Assembly (NCBI GenBank): GCA_020049495.1
Contig: JAIFKU010000082.1
Span: forward strand, 10,487 to 74,486
Direction: 5' to 3'
Length of the DNA stretch: 64,000 nt
DNA from: Accumulibacter sp.
Lineage (GTDB): Bacteria > Pseudomonadota > Gammaproteobacteria > Burkholderiales > Rhodocyclaceae
Position numbers and translations under genes: made by a program. Below the pieces are notes generated by a model. It made no database searches. It saw only the letters and a program-made list of their open reading frames with translations, and was not told the origin of the DNA. Within the stretch, counting starts at the first letter, position 1; the number at the start of each line of letters is the position of its first letter. Below are positions 8,593 to 19,203 of this stretch, piece after piece.

Positions 8593-11430
8593 ATGTCTGA
8601 AACAGTAATCGGTAAGCAGCAGGCGTCCCTGCTTGTCACCGGAGCCTTGCAGCGCGCGATTTTCAACAGCGCCAATTTTTCGAGCATCGCCACCGACGCC
8701 AACGGGGTGATCCAGATCTTCAACGTCGGTGCCGAACGCATGCTTGGTTACACGGCCGCCGAGGTGATGAACAGGATCACCCCCGCCGACATTTCCGATC
8801 CGCAGGAAGTTATCGCGCGTGCCGAGGCCTTGAGTGTCGAGTTTGCCAGGCCGATTGCGCCGGGTTTCGAAGCCCTGGTGTTCAAGGCCGCGCGCGGCAT
8901 CGAAGACATCTACGAACTGACCAAGATCCGCAAGGATGGCAGCCGCTTCCCGGCGATGCTCTCGGTGACGGCGTTGCGCGACGCGCAGGAGGCGATCATC
9001 GGCTACCTGCTGATCGGTACCGACAATACGGCGCGCAAGCAGGCGCAGGCCTTGGAAGAGCGCTACCGCCGTCTCTTCGAATCGGCCAAGGACGGCATTC
9101 TGATCCTGGATGCCGAGACGGGACTGGTCGTCGACGCCAATCCGTTCATCACCGAACTGCTCGGATATTCGCTTGATGATGTACGTGAAAAATACATCTG
9201 GGATCTGGGATTTTTCAAGAATATTGCGGCAAACAAGGAAAAATTCCTGGAGTTGCAGCAGCAGGACTACGTGCGCTACGACGACCTCCCGCTCGAAACC
9301 ACACAGGGGAAAAAAATTCATGTGGAGTTCGTCAGCAATGTCTATCTGGTCAATAACGTTCGGGTGATCCAGTGCAATATCCGGGACATCTCCGAACGCA
9401 AGGCCGCCGAGGAGAAAATCCGCAATCTCTCGATGGCCGTCGAGCAAAGCTCGGAGAACATCATCATTACCGATCTCGACGGCCGGATCGAATACGTCAA
9501 CGAGTCCTTCCTGCGCGTCACCGGTTACACCAGGGAGGAAATCATCGGCCAGAACCCGCGCCTGTTGCGCTCCGGCAAGACGCCGCTGGCCACTTACGAA
9601 GCCCTGTGGGATGCGCTGAAGCAAGGCCAGACGTGGAAGGGCGAACTGCTTAACCGGCGCAAGGATGGCAGCGAATACACCGATGCGGTCAGCATTACGC
9701 CAATCCGCCAGGTTAGTGGCCGTATCAGCCACTATGTGGCGGTAATGGAGGACATTACCGGACGCAAACGCGACGCCGAGGAACTGGAGCAGTACCGCGA
9801 CCACCTGGAGCAACTGGTCAAAACGCGTACAAGCGAACTGGAGCGGATCAAGGATGTGGCCGAGATGGCGAACCGGGCCAAGAGCGCCTTCGTGGCCAAC
9901 ATGAGCCACGAGATTCGCACCCCTCTCAATGCCATCGTCGGACTCACGCACCTGTTGCTGCGCGGCAATGAGGATCTGGTGCAAATCGTCAAGCTGGAGA
10001 AAATCGTCGACGCCTCGCAGCATCTGCTCGCGGTCATCAACGACATCCTCGATTTTTCCAAGATCGAAGCCGGGAAGTTGAAACTGAGTCTCGCTGATTT
10101 TGCTTTTGACCGGATGCTGAATAACGTGGTCTCGATGATTGAGCCCAAGGTGCGTGAAAATCGACTGGAACTCGTCGTCGAGCGGGATCATCTGCCGCCG
10201 GTTATGATCGGAGACTCCACGCGTCTGGCGCAGGCTCTGCTCAACTACCTTTCCAACGCCGTCAAATTCACCGTCGTTGGCAACATCACGCTGCGCCTGA
10301 CGTTGGTGGAGGAAACGGCCAGCGACCTGCTTGTGCGCTTCGAGGTGACGGACACCGGCATCGGCATTGCAGCGGAGAAGATCGCCGGGTTGTTCGCCGC
10401 CTTCGAGCAGGCCGATGCCACCACCTCGCGTCGCTTTGGCGGTACGGGTCTGGGGCTGGCCATCACGCGGCGACTGGCGCAGCTCATGGGCGGTGAGGCC
10501 GGAGCGCAGAGCGGCCCTGGCCAGGGCAGCACATTCTGGTTTACCGCCCGCCTCGGCAAGAGCCAGCTCAGCCTGGACGAACTGGCTGAAGCGCCGGTAA
10601 TGACCCGGCTGAACCTGCAAGCCATGCCGGCCGGTCGGCGCATCCTGCTGGCCGAAGACAACAGGATCAACCAGGAAGTCGTGGTGGAACTCCTGACCTC
10701 GATTGGCCTGAAGGTCGATATTGCCAACAATGGGTATGAAGCCCTGGAGAAGGCGCGTCATGGGAGGTACGACCTGATTCTCATGGATATGCAGATGCCG
10801 GGGATGGATGGCCTGGAGGCCACTCACGCCATTCGCCAGTTGCCCGACCTGGCGGCCACACCGATCCTGGCGATGACCGCCAACGCCTTCGACGAAGATC
10901 GCCGTGCCTGTCAGGAGGCCGGCATGAACGACTTTGTCGCCAAACCGCTGAATCCCGAAACACTCTACATGGCGCTGCTCAAGTGGTTGCCGGCGGAATT
11001 GCCGGTTCCTGTGGACGCTCCGCTGGCCGGGGCCGTTCCGGCCCCGGTACCTGACGCCGCCGATTGGCCACGGCGACTGGCCGCTATTGCGGGGCTGGAC
11101 ATCGAGAGAGGGCTGGTACAGGTACGCGGGAAGATGGACAAGTATGTGCGCATGCTGAACCTGTTCATCGATATCCATGCCCAGGACGCGAAACTGCTTT
11201 CCGGGGAAGCGGTGCTGAATGATCCCGCAAGCCTGCAGCGACTGGCTCACAGCCTCAAAGGTTCGGCCGGCAATGTCGGCGCCGTCAGGGTGTGCGACGC
11301 GGCAGGGCGGCTGCTAACCGCACTCCATCAGAACGCCGGAGCGGAGGAGATAAAAGCTAGCTGCACCGCACTAAACGCTGAACTGAGCTCGCTGATTGAT
11401 GAGCTTCGCGGTGTGTTGAGTGAGCAATAG
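8593..11430 (+). CDS. Multi-PAS hybrid sensor histidine kinase (PAS x3-HisKA-HATPase-REC-Hpt)
   Basis: [34 protein letters not shown]; start moved to ATG 8593. Confidence 0.92.
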   Translation: MSETVIGKQQASLLVTGALQRAIFNSANFSSIATDANGVIQIFNVGAERMLGYTAAEVMNRITPADISDPQEVIARAEALSVEFARPIAPGFEALVFKAARGIEDIYELTKIRKDGSRFPAMLSVTALRDAQEAIIGYLLIGTDNTARKQAQALEERYRRLFESAKDGILILDAETGLVVDANPFITELLGYSLDDVREKYIWDLGFFKNIAANKEKFLELQQQDYVRYDDLPLETTQGKKIHVEFVSNVYLVNNVRVIQCNIRDISERKAAEEKIRNLSMAVEQSSENIIITDLDGRIEYVNESFLRVTGYTREEIIGQNPRLLRSGKTPLATYEALWDALKQGQTWKGELLNRRKDGSEYTDAVSITPIRQVSGRISHYVAVMEDITGRKRDAEELEQYRDHLEQLVKTRTSELERIKDVAEMANRAKSAFVANMSHEIRTPLNAIVGLTHLLLRGNEDLVQIVKLEKIVDASQHLLAVINDILDFSKIEAGKLKLSLADFAFDRMLNNVVSMIEPKVRENRLELVVERDHLPPVMIGDSTRLAQALLNYLSNAVKFTVVGNITLRLTLVEETASDLLVRFEVTDTGIGIAAEKIAGLFAAFEQADATTSRRFGGTGLGLAITRRLAQLMGGEAGAQSGPGQGSTFWFTARLGKSQLSLDELAEAPVMTRLNLQAMPAGRRILLAEDNRINQEVVVELLTSIGLKVDIANNGYEALEKARHGRYDLILMDMQMPGMDGLEATHAIRQLPDLAATPILAMTANAFDEDRRACQEAGMNDFVAKPLNPETLYMALLKWLPAELPVPVDAPLAGAVPAPVPDAADWPRRLAAIAGLDIERGLVQVRGKMDKYVRMLNLFIDIHAQDAKLLSGEAVLNDPASLQRLAHSLKGSAGNVGAVRVCDAAGRLLTALHQNAGAEEIKASCTALNAELSSLIDELRGVLSEQ

Positions 11431-11637
11431 ACCGGATTGCTGTCATAAATGTAACTGGGTTCCCGGCTGGCGTTGGCAGGCAGTGTAATTTTGATTTAGT
11501 ATGGTCACAACGAATCGAGAACCCCCTTCAAAGAATGCCGGCCTGCAATTTGCGGTTCTGCGTAGTGACCTTGTCCGTCTTGCCGCATGAAATTCTGGGT
11601 AGATGCCCAGTTGCCACGTTGTCCATGGATTTGAACT

Positions 11638-11901
11638 ATGCCCACCATCAGTCAGTTTTTCGGAATACTAATTCACATGTACATTCGTGGTGAGCACAAT
11701 CCGCCGCATTTTCACGCCCTCTACGCCGAGTATGAAGCGCAGATCGACATCCAGACACTGGGGGTCATTGAGGGAAAGCTACCGCGTCGAGCGCTGGTCA
11801 TGGTGCTGGAGTGGGCCAACGAGCACAGAGACGAACTCATGGAGGACTGGAACCTATGTCAAGCCAAGCAACTACCGAAACCCATCAAGCCGCTGGAATA
11901 A
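11638..11901 (+). CDS. DUF4160 family protein (putative toxin of a TA-like pair)
   Basis: MPTISQFFGI, EHNPPHFHA, EWA..H..EL...W. Confidence 0.85.
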   Translation: MPTISQFFGILIHMYIRGEHNPPHFHALYAEYEAQIDIQTLGVIEGKLPRRALVMVLEWANEHRDELMEDWNLCQAKQLPKPIKPLE

Positions 11902-12176
11902 TCCCTGCCGCGCCATGGCGCTTAAGTGCACTCAGTGTGCTGCCGGAATGGCAGTTGGCGGTCACCTTCAATGACGGTTCGAACGGCATCGTTGATGTTT
12001 CCGGGTTGGTTAATGGACCGGATGCAGGTGTCTTTGCGGCGCTGCGCGATCCTGCCTTCTTTGCCACGGCCTATCTTGATTATGGCGCGGTTACATGGCC
12101 CAATGGAGCCGATCTCGCGCCAGATGCGATGCACAAGGAAGTTCGTCGCTGCGGGATTTGGCGTATTGTGGATTGA
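11856..12176 (+). CDS. DUF2442 family protein (putative antitoxin)
   Basis: L.VTFNDG..G.VD and VTWPNGADLAPD; overlaps the DUF4160 gene. Confidence 0.8.
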   Translation: MSSQATTETHQAAGIIPAAPWRLSALSVLPEWQLAVTFNDGSNGIVDVSGLVNGPDAGVFAALRDPAFFATAYLDYGAVTWPNGADLAPDAMHKEVRRCGIWRIVD

Positions 12177-12227
12177 GTTCCCGATCTGAGTTTCGTAGTG
12201 CGCTCGTCACCGAATTTTGTTTGCATA

Positions 12228-12252
12228 TCAACCCTGATAGGTTTAGGGTTGA
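12228..12252. other. Inverted repeat between the TA-like pair and cheBR
   Basis: tcaaccct-N9-agggttga. Confidence 0.35.
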
Positions 12253-12298
12253 ATCCCTGAAATCTCACCACGGCCAGGACGAAAGATCGTGAACAAGC

Positions 12299-15200
12299 AT
12301 GGGAAAGCCCCCCGAAACAGCGGTGGTTAAACGCCGGATAATGAAGTCCCTCGCCCCGGTCATCGCCGAGCCAGTGTCCACGGTGAACGAGGCGTCTTTC
12401 CCGATTGTCGGCATCGGCGCCTCGGCCGGTGGCCTGGCGGCGTTTGAAGCCTTTTTCTCCGGCATGCCCGCCGACACCGATCCGGGCATGGCCTTCGTCC
12501 TGGTGCAGCACCTGGCACCGGACCACAAGAGCATCCTCTCCGATCTCATCCGGCGCTACACGCGCATGCAGGTGTTCGAGGTCGAGGACGGCATGGTGGT
12601 GCAGGCCAACTGCGCCTACATCATCCCGCCCAATCACGACATGGCGTTTCTCAACGGTGCGCTGCATTTGCTCGAACCTTCGGCACCACGCGGCCAGCGC
12701 CTGCCGATCGACTTCTTCTTCCGCTCGCTGGCCCAGGACCAGCACGATCAGTCCATCGCCATCGTGCTGACCGGTACCGGCAGTGATGGCACCCAGGGCG
12801 TACGGGCGATCAAGGCCGAGGGCGGCATGGTCATGGCGCAGAACCCCGAATCGACCGAATTTGACGGCATGCCGCGCAGCGCCATTGCCACCGGCCTGGT
12901 CGATTACGAACTGCCGCCGGCCGAGATGCCGGCCCAACTGATCGCCTATGTGGCTCACGCCTTCGGCAAGCCCCACCAGCCGGCCATTGCCCAGACGCCC
13001 AAAACCGAGGGCGCGCTGAAGAAGATCTTCATCCTGTTGCGCGCCCAGACCGGCCACGACTTCTCCCAGTACAAACCGAGCACCATCCACCGCCGCATCG
13101 AACGGCGCATGGCCGTGCACCAGATCGAAGCGATCGACAGCTATGTCAGGTTTCTGCAGCAGACACCGGCCGAGGTCGAGGCCTTATTCCGCGACATGCT
13201 GATCGGCGTGACCAATTTCTTCCGTGATCCGGAGGCTTTCCATGTGCTGGAGAACGAGATCATCCCCAGACTTTTTGCCGACAAGCCCGCGGGTGGTGTG
13301 ATTCGCGTCTGGTCAACCGGATGTTCCACCGGCGAGGAAGCCTATTCCCTGGCCATCCTCCTGCAAGAGCGCATCGAAGTACTCAAGCAAAGCTACACCG
13401 TACAGCTTTTCGCCACCGACATCGACAGCCGGGCGATCAGTGCAGCGCGCGCCGGCCTCTATCCGGCCAGCATTGCCGCCGACATTTCAGCCGAGCGCCT
13501 GGCGCGTTTCTTCACGGCCGTGCCTGACGGCAGCGCCTACCGCGTCAACAAAGGCCTGCGCGACATGCTGGTTTTTTCCGAGCAGGATGTGATCAAGGAT
13601 CCGCCTTTCTCCAGACTCGACCTGATCAGTTGTCGCAACCTGCTGATCTATCTCGGCCAGGAGTTACAGAAGAAACTCATTCCCCTGTTCCACTATGCGC
13701 TGAAACCGGGCGGCTTCCTGTTGCTTGGGACATCCGAAGGCATAGGCGAGTCAGGCGAGCTGTTTGCCGTGCTCGATCGCAAGGCAAAGCTCTATCAGCG
13801 CAAGGACGATTATCTGGGGATGCAGCGCGCAGTTTCGGGCCGCATTCTCCCGCCCACGAGCGCCATGCAGGCAATGGAGGCGACGGACAAGGCACGGCCA
13901 CGGGGCAGCGCGAAGACGGGAGCCGCTTTGTTTCCTGTAAAACTGCCGCTGCGCGAGTTGACCGAACAGGCGCTCCTGCAGCAGATTGCCCCGGCTGCGG
14001 CGCTGGTCAACGGGCAGGGCGATATCCTCTACCTGCACGGGCGTACCGGCATGTATCTGGAACCGGCTCCGGGCGAGGCGGGCATCAGCAACATCCTGAA
14101 GATGGCCCGGGACGGGCTGCGGCCCGAGCTGAGCATGGCCCTGCACAAAGCGGCCACGAGCAAGGAGGTGGTGCGCTGTCCGGGCTTGAACGTCAAGACC
14201 AATGGCCATTTCACCCGGGTTAACCTGAGTATCCGCCCGGTAGTGACGCCCGGGGCGACTGAATCCCCCCTGTATCTGGTCATCCTGGAAGAAGCCCTGG
14301 CCAGCGATCCGGCTTCGATGGCGCACAACGCCTTGGCGGCCCAGCACCTTGCGGACAATCCCGAGTCGGATGTCGAAGCGCGCATCGCCGCACTCAAGGA
14401 CGAACTGCGGGCCAAGGACGACTACCTGCAGAGCACCCATGAGGAACTCGAGAGTTCCAACGAAGAGCTCAAATCGTCCAACGAGGAGATGCAGTCGGTG
14501 AACGAAGAATTGCAATCGACCAATGAGGAACTGGAGACCTCCAAGGAAGAACTGCAATCGGTCAACGAGGAGCTGGCCACGGTCAACTCCGAGTTGCAAA
14601 CCAAGGTGGTGGATCTGTCGCGCGCCAATAACGACATGAACAATCTGCTGGCCGGCACCGGCATCGGCACCGTGTTTGTCGATCATCAGTTGCGCATCCT
14701 GCGCTTCACCCCGGCTGCCAGCAGCATCATCAACCTGATTCTGAGCGATATCGGGCGACCGGTGGCGCACATCGCTTCCAACCTGGTCGACTACGACCGT
14801 CTGGTGGCGGATACGCAGGCAGTGCTGGATACACTGATGCACCAGCAGGTCGACGTGCAGACCCGGGAGGGCAAGTGGTACACCATGCGCATCCAGCCGT
14901 ATCGTACGCTCGACAACGTCATCGAGGGCGCGGTGATTTCTTTTGTGGACATCACCGAGACGGTGCACACCCGGGAAGCGCTGCACAAGGCCAATGAACT
15001 GCTGCGTCTGGCTGTGGTCGTGCGCGATGCGCACGATGCCATTGCCGTGCAGGACCTGGAGGGCCGTATCCTGGCCTGGAATCCGAGCGCGGTGCGCATG
15101 TACGGCTGGAGCGAAGCCGAGGCGCTGCTGATGAATGTGCGCGACCGGATTCCCAAAGGGCAGCAGGAAGAAGCGCTGGCTAAAGTACATCAGCTTAATG

Positions 15201-15355
15201 AAGCAGTAATACTGGAACCGTACCGTACACAACGAATGACCAGGGATGGAGCTGTCATCGAGGTGTGGATGACCGCCACTGCGTTGCTCAATGCGGCCGG
15301 GCAGATGTATGCCATTGCCACGACTGAACGGGCCATCGTCGGAGGGACAAAATGA
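12299..15355 (+). CDS. CheB methylesterase-CheR methyltransferase-PAS fusion
   Basis: GASAGG, VQHL, GTGSDG (CheB triad); GCSTGEEAYS, SCRNLLIY (CheR); NEELQS heptads; C-terminal PAS domains. Confidence 0.93.
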   Translation: MGKPPETAVVKRRIMKSLAPVIAEPVSTVNEASFPIVGIGASAGGLAAFEAFFSGMPADTDPGMAFVLVQHLAPDHKSILSDLIRRYTRMQVFEVEDGMVVQANCAYIIPPNHDMAFLNGALHLLEPSAPRGQRLPIDFFFRSLAQDQHDQSIAIVLTGTGSDGTQGVRAIKAEGGMVMAQNPESTEFDGMPRSAIATGLVDYELPPAEMPAQLIAYVAHAFGKPHQPAIAQTPKTEGALKKIFILLRAQTGHDFSQYKPSTIHRRIERRMAVHQIEAIDSYVRFLQQTPAEVEALFRDMLIGVTNFFRDPEAFHVLENEIIPRLFADKPAGGVIRVWSTGCSTGEEAYSLAILLQERIEVLKQSYTVQLFATDIDSRAISAARAGLYPASIAADISAERLARFFTAVPDGSAYRVNKGLRDMLVFSEQDVIKDPPFSRLDLISCRNLLIYLGQELQKKLIPLFHYALKPGGFLLLGTSEGIGESGELFAVLDRKAKLYQRKDDYLGMQRAVSGRILPPTSAMQAMEATDKARPRGSAKTGAALFPVKLPLRELTEQALLQQIAPAAALVNGQGDILYLHGRTGMYLEPAPGEAGISNILKMARDGLRPELSMALHKAATSKEVVRCPGLNVKTNGHFTRVNLSIRPVVTPGATESPLYLVILEEALASDPASMAHNALAAQHLADNPESDVEARIAALKDELRAKDDYLQSTHEELESSNEELKSSNEEMQSVNEELQSTNEELETSKEELQSVNEELATVNSELQTKVVDLSRANNDMNNLLAGTGIGTVFVDHQLRILRFTPAASSIINLILSDIGRPVAHIASNLVDYDRLVADTQAVLDTLMHQQVDVQTREGKWYTMRIQPYRTLDNVIEGAVISFVDITETVHTREALHKANELLRLAVVVRDAHDAIAVQDLEGRILAWNPSAVRMYGWSEAEALLMNVRDRIPKGQQEEALAKVHQLNEAVILEPYRTQRMTRDGAVIEVWMTATALLNAAGQMYAIATTERAIVGGTK

Positions 15356-17178
15356 GCGCCAAGGATTGGCAAAGCGCAGATAACGGCGCCGGTCAGGGTC
15401 TACGCCGAGAGGCCGAGGAGATCGCCCGTGCAGATGCGGCGCAATCGGCGGAAAGTCTGGAGACGTTTTCGCCCGAAGCCATGCGGCAGATGGTGCACGA
15501 GTTGCGCGTGCATCAGATCGAGCTGGAGATGCAGAACGAGGAACTGCGCCAGGCGCAGGTGGAGCTGGATGTCTCGCGGGCACGTTATTTCGATCTCTAC
15601 GATCTGGCGCCGGTGGGCTATTGCAGCATCAACGAATCGGGCCTGGTCCTGCAGGCCAACCTGAACGCCGCCGCTCTGCTCGGCGTGGCGCGCGGCGAAC
15701 TGGTCAGGCAGCCGATCTCCCGTTTCATCTTCAGGGAAGATCAGGACATTTACTACCGCTTCCGCAAACAGCTCCTTGAGAGCGGTGAACCGCAGTGGTG
15801 CGATCTGCAGTTGCTCAAAAGCGACGGCACGTTCTTCTGGGCACAACTGGCGGCCACCGTCGCGCACGAGGCTGATGGCGAACCGCTGCTGTGCATCGTG
15901 ATGAACGACATTTCCGAGCGCAAGCGGGTTGAAGCCGAGCGCGCGTATTTCGATCAGTTGCTGCAGGTTAAAAACAGCGAGCTTGAGAATGCCCGCCAGG
16001 TGGCTGATAAAGCCAACCGCGCGAAATCGGATTTCCTTTCCAGCATGAGCCATGAACTGCGCACGCCGCTCAGCGCGATCCTCGGTTTTGCCCAGCTCAT
16101 CGAATCCGGTTCCACGCCGCCGACACCCTCGCAGCAGCGCAGCATCGAGCAGATTCTCAAGGCCGGGTGGTACCTGCTGGAGCTGATCAACGAAATTCTC
16201 GATCTGGCGCTGATCGAATCCGGCAAGCTGTCGCTGTCGATAGAACCGGTATCGCTGCCTGAAGTCCTGCTTGAATGTCAGACGATGATCGAAGCGCAGG
16301 CGCAACAGCATGCTATCCAGGTGGTTTTCCCGCAATTTGAAAACCCCTGCTTCATCAAGGCCGACCGGATGCGCGTGAAGCAGGTGCTGATCAACCTGCT
16401 GTCCAACGCGATCAAATACAACCGTGTGGGCGGCTCGGTTGTCGTGGAGTGCACAGCGCAGCATGCGGATACGCTGCGGATCAGCGTCCGGGATACGGGC
16501 GCCGGGCTGGATCCGGAACGTATTGCGCAGTTGTTCCAGCCGTTCAACCGTCTCGGACAGAATGCCGGCACCGAGGAAGGCACCGGCATCGGCCTGGTGG
16601 TGAGCAAGCGGCTGATCGAATTGATGGGCGGCGTCATCGGCGTGGACAGCACGGTTGGAACAGGCAGTGTGTTCTGGATCGAGCTGAACCTGACGGCTGA
16701 AGTTCAAACTGCGTCCGCTGCGTCCGCTGCGCGAGGTCAAACTGGTGTACCGTTGCACACCCTGCTTTATGTCGAGGACAACCCGGCCAATCTGTTGTTG
16801 GTCGAAGATATCATCGCCCGCTGGCCGGATATCCGCTTTCTCAGCGCGCAGAATAGTATTGACGGCATCAAGCTGGCACGCTCATCGCGGCCGGACGTGA
16901 TCCTGATGGATATCAACCTGCCGGGCATCAGCGGTCTCGAAGCCATGAAAATCCTGGCCAAAGACCCCGAAACCGCGCACATCCCGGTGGTTGCCCTGAG
17001 TGCCAATGCCATGCCGCACGATATCCAGAAGGGGCTGGAGGCCGGATTCTTCCGTTATCTCACCAAGCCGATCATGGTCAATGAGTTTCTGGAAACGATG
17101 GACGTGGCCTTCAAATATGCAAAAGCCGCAGCGGCCCGCGCAGGAAGCGAGAGCGACAACAGTGAGCCGGCGCATTGA
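15352..17178 (+). CDS. PAS hybrid histidine kinase/response regulator
   Basis: HQIELEMQNEEL coil, MSHELRTPL, GTGIGL, ILMDINLP; ATGA overlap with cheBR. Confidence 0.92.
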   Translation: MSAKDWQSADNGAGQGLRREAEEIARADAAQSAESLETFSPEAMRQMVHELRVHQIELEMQNEELRQAQVELDVSRARYFDLYDLAPVGYCSINESGLVLQANLNAAALLGVARGELVRQPISRFIFREDQDIYYRFRKQLLESGEPQWCDLQLLKSDGTFFWAQLAATVAHEADGEPLLCIVMNDISERKRVEAERAYFDQLLQVKNSELENARQVADKANRAKSDFLSSMSHELRTPLSAILGFAQLIESGSTPPTPSQQRSIEQILKAGWYLLELINEILDLALIESGKLSLSIEPVSLPEVLLECQTMIEAQAQQHAIQVVFPQFENPCFIKADRMRVKQVLINLLSNAIKYNRVGGSVVVECTAQHADTLRISVRDTGAGLDPERIAQLFQPFNRLGQNAGTEEGTGIGLVVSKRLIELMGGVIGVDSTVGTGSVFWIELNLTAEVQTASAASAARGQTGVPLHTLLYVEDNPANLLLVEDIIARWPDIRFLSAQNSIDGIKLARSSRPDVILMDINLPGISGLEAMKILAKDPETAHIPVVALSANAMPHDIQKGLEAGFFRYLTKPIMVNEFLETMDVAFKYAKAAAARAGSESDNSEPAH

Positions 17179-17217
17179 GGCGTTCCATGAGCAGCGGGCT
17201 CGTTATTGTGACCACGC

Positions 17218-18063
17218 TCAATCCGGGGACAACTGAACCATCCCGGAGAAATTGAGCACCCGGCGCACGTACTGCTGCGTTTCGGGGAAGGGCGGCACGC
17301 CGCCATAGCGGTCTACGTTACCCTCGCCGGCATTGTAGGCTGCGGCGACCAGCTTCAGGTTTCCGCTGAAACGGTTCTGCAACCACTTCAGGTAGGCCAG
17401 CCCGCCTTTGATGTTCTGTTCCGGATCGAACGGTTTCAGGACGCCAAAGCGTTCCTGCGTATCCGGAATGAGCTGCATCACGCCCTGGGCGTTTTTGGGC
17501 GAAACGGCGCTGGCATCGAGGTTCGATTCGGCAAGAGCAATGGCCAGCGCCATGCGCACGTCGACACCGTACTGCGGCGCTTTCTTGCGGATCAGTGCGG
17601 CAAGATTTCGTTTGGCGGGCGTCAGTCCGGCAATATAGCCCTCAAGGTCAAACTCCGGCTCTCCGAATTGTGCATAGAGTTTATTGCACACCTCATCAAT
17701 CCTGGCATTCTCGACCAGCGGGTTGTGCAGCATGCTCGCCTGCCGGTGACCCAGACGGGCCGCGAGGGCCAGATAGGCATTCGCCAGGCGCGGGTTGCGC
17801 AGCCTGGGTGAGCCAGTGGACAGCAGGCGACCGATGCGGAAGAAGCCCTCCGAACTGCCCATGGTCCCGGCGTCACAATAGAGTTCGATGGCCAGACCGG
17901 GGTTCACCCGGATACCGATACCGAGTTCAGCCGCCAATCCCTGCGCCAGTACGGCCGCTACACGCGGGGCTTCGCTGTAAGTTTGTGCCTGCGCACGCGA
18001 ACCCGATAGAAAAACCAATAACAACAGGGTAAGGATGAGTCGGGAGATGATTGAAAGACACAA
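17218..18063 (-). CDS. Lytic transglycosylase (SLT domain) with Sel1-like repeat and signal peptide
   Basis: AESN (catalytic Glu), AQGVMQL, AAYNAG. Start uncertain; TTG 18063 chosen just before the hydrophobic signal segment. Confidence 0.82.
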   Translation of the reverse strand: MCLSIISRLILTLLLLVFLSGSRAQAQTYSEAPRVAAVLAQGLAAELGIGIRVNPGLAIELYCDAGTMGSSEGFFRIGRLLSTGSPRLRNPRLANAYLALAARLGHRQASMLHNPLVENARIDEVCNKLYAQFGEPEFDLEGYIAGLTPAKRNLAALIRKKAPQYGVDVRMALAIALAESNLDASAVSPKNAQGVMQLIPDTQERFGVLKPFDPEQNIKGGLAYLKWLQNRFSGNLKLVAAAYNAGEGNVDRYGGVPPFPETQQYVRRVLNFSGMVQLSPD

Positions 18064-18199
18064 GGGAACCTCTAATAATTTGTCACACCGGCGAAAGCGC
18101 CCCGAAGGAAGTACCCTTGGGGTGCCGGTGTCCAGTTCGTTGGTTTTTCTGGATTCCGGCTTTCGCCGGAATGACGGAAATGAATTATTACAGGCCCCC
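18064..18199. mobile_element. Complete MITE-like element (about 136 bp) with imperfect terminal inverted repeats and internal palindromes
   Basis: Ends gggaacctctaataatt / aattattacaggccccc; inner gtcacaccggcgaaagc...gccggtgtccag and ctggattccggctttcgccggaatgac. Confidence 0.65.
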
Positions 18200-18283
18200 A
18201 CAACAGAGTGTGAGACTGCACAAGCCACGCGAAACCTCCTGATCGACATTGATAGTGCGCAGTCCCGCGCAGAACCTGATCGT

Positions 18284-18865
18284 TCAGGCCTCCCGGTGGG
18301 CAATGCGCACAATCTCCAGGGCGATATCTTCCGGCGACAGGACAAAATCGATGCAGCCACTGGCAATTGCGCTCTCCGGCATGTCGGGCTGCCTGGCCGT
18401 ACTCGGTTTCTGCGCGATGGTAATACCGCCTTCTTCCTTGATGCCGCATAGTGCGGCGGCGCCATCGCCATCATAACCCGAGACAATGACAGCGATCAGC
18501 TTGCCGTCCCAGTAACGGGTCAGTGAGCGGAGAAAAACCGTGATGACATCGGGCCAGCCCCGCGGCTTGGATATGGGCTTCAGGTGGAACTGTCCATTAT
18601 CGACGTGCAAATCCCGGTTTTCAGGGATGATGAATACATGATCCGCTTCAATTGACAGATTTTCGGTGACGAGTTCAACCGGCATGCTGGTGTAGTGCGG
18701 AAGGATTTCATGGAGTTGGGTCGGCATGCTTCTGATGTGATTGACGATGACGATCGCCACTCCCATGTCAGGCGGGAGGTTCTGCAAGAGCCGGATATAG
18801 GCGTCGAGACCGCCGGCCGAACCACCGACGCAAACAACCGGGAAATTTTTCACCAGGCTGCCCAT
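18284..18865 (-). CDS. Stand-alone CheB-type methylesterase domain protein (no receiver)
   Basis: GGSAGG, VNH, SGYDGDGA, PDMPESAI. Confidence 0.88.
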   Translation of the reverse strand: MGSLVKNFPVVCVGGSAGGLDAYIRLLQNLPPDMGVAIVIVNHIRSMPTQLHEILPHYTSMPVELVTENLSIEADHVFIIPENRDLHVDNGQFHLKPISKPRGWPDVITVFLRSLTRYWDGKLIAVIVSGYDGDGAAALCGIKEEGGITIAQKPSTARQPDMPESAIASGCIDFVLSPEDIALEIVRIAHREA

Positions 18866-18898
18866 GTGATCGGCCTTTGTTGCGGGGAATCATTCAAG

Positions 18899-19030
18899 AT
18901 CGCGGACATGCCTCTGGTGCTTTTGCTGTCCATGCGTCCATAGACCCTGGGCGGTTTCATCCACGTTCTGCTGGTGATTGCCGTTGTGGTCGTCCTGCTC
19001 AGAGTCATCAGCGGCAGAAGACCGATCTGA
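18899..19030 (+). pseudogene. Degraded lmo0937-family small membrane protein
   Basis: TLGGFIHVLLVIAVVVVLLRVISGRRPI* follows an in-frame TAG at 18941 and a degenerate 5' half. Confidence 0.6.
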
Positions 19031-19203
19031 GCAGGGTAATGTGGTGGCCTGCACTTTAGCAACCATCTGTCAGGCACATCACATGCCTAGTCACCCTGAT
19101 ACTCAGTATCAGGCATTGATGAAATCAAACTGTTTTTCGACGACTCTGACCGCCTGATTGGGTCGGCGTGGTGCAGACGACTCCAGCTTTATCTGAACAG
19201 CCG

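Noticed and set aside
8575-11250. 891-aa antisense ORF (likewise 13751-15583, 15400-16758, 20998-22308, 22615-24273, 35136-36113)
   Set aside because: Shadow frames opposite well-supported genes, expected in GC-rich codon usage; no recognisable motifs.
14440-14590. 21-bp periodic repeats resembling an array
   Set aside because: They encode the heptad coiled coil of the CheB-CheR fusion; no spacers and no cas genes, so not CRISPR.
16709-16731. Short tandem repeat (ctgcgtccg)x2 in the kinase gene
   Set aside because: In-frame 9-bp duplication in an interdomain linker; unremarkable.
18200-18486. Long N-terminal extension of the SLT ORF to 18486
   Set aside because: Overlaps the cheB gene in another frame and passes through the repeat element.
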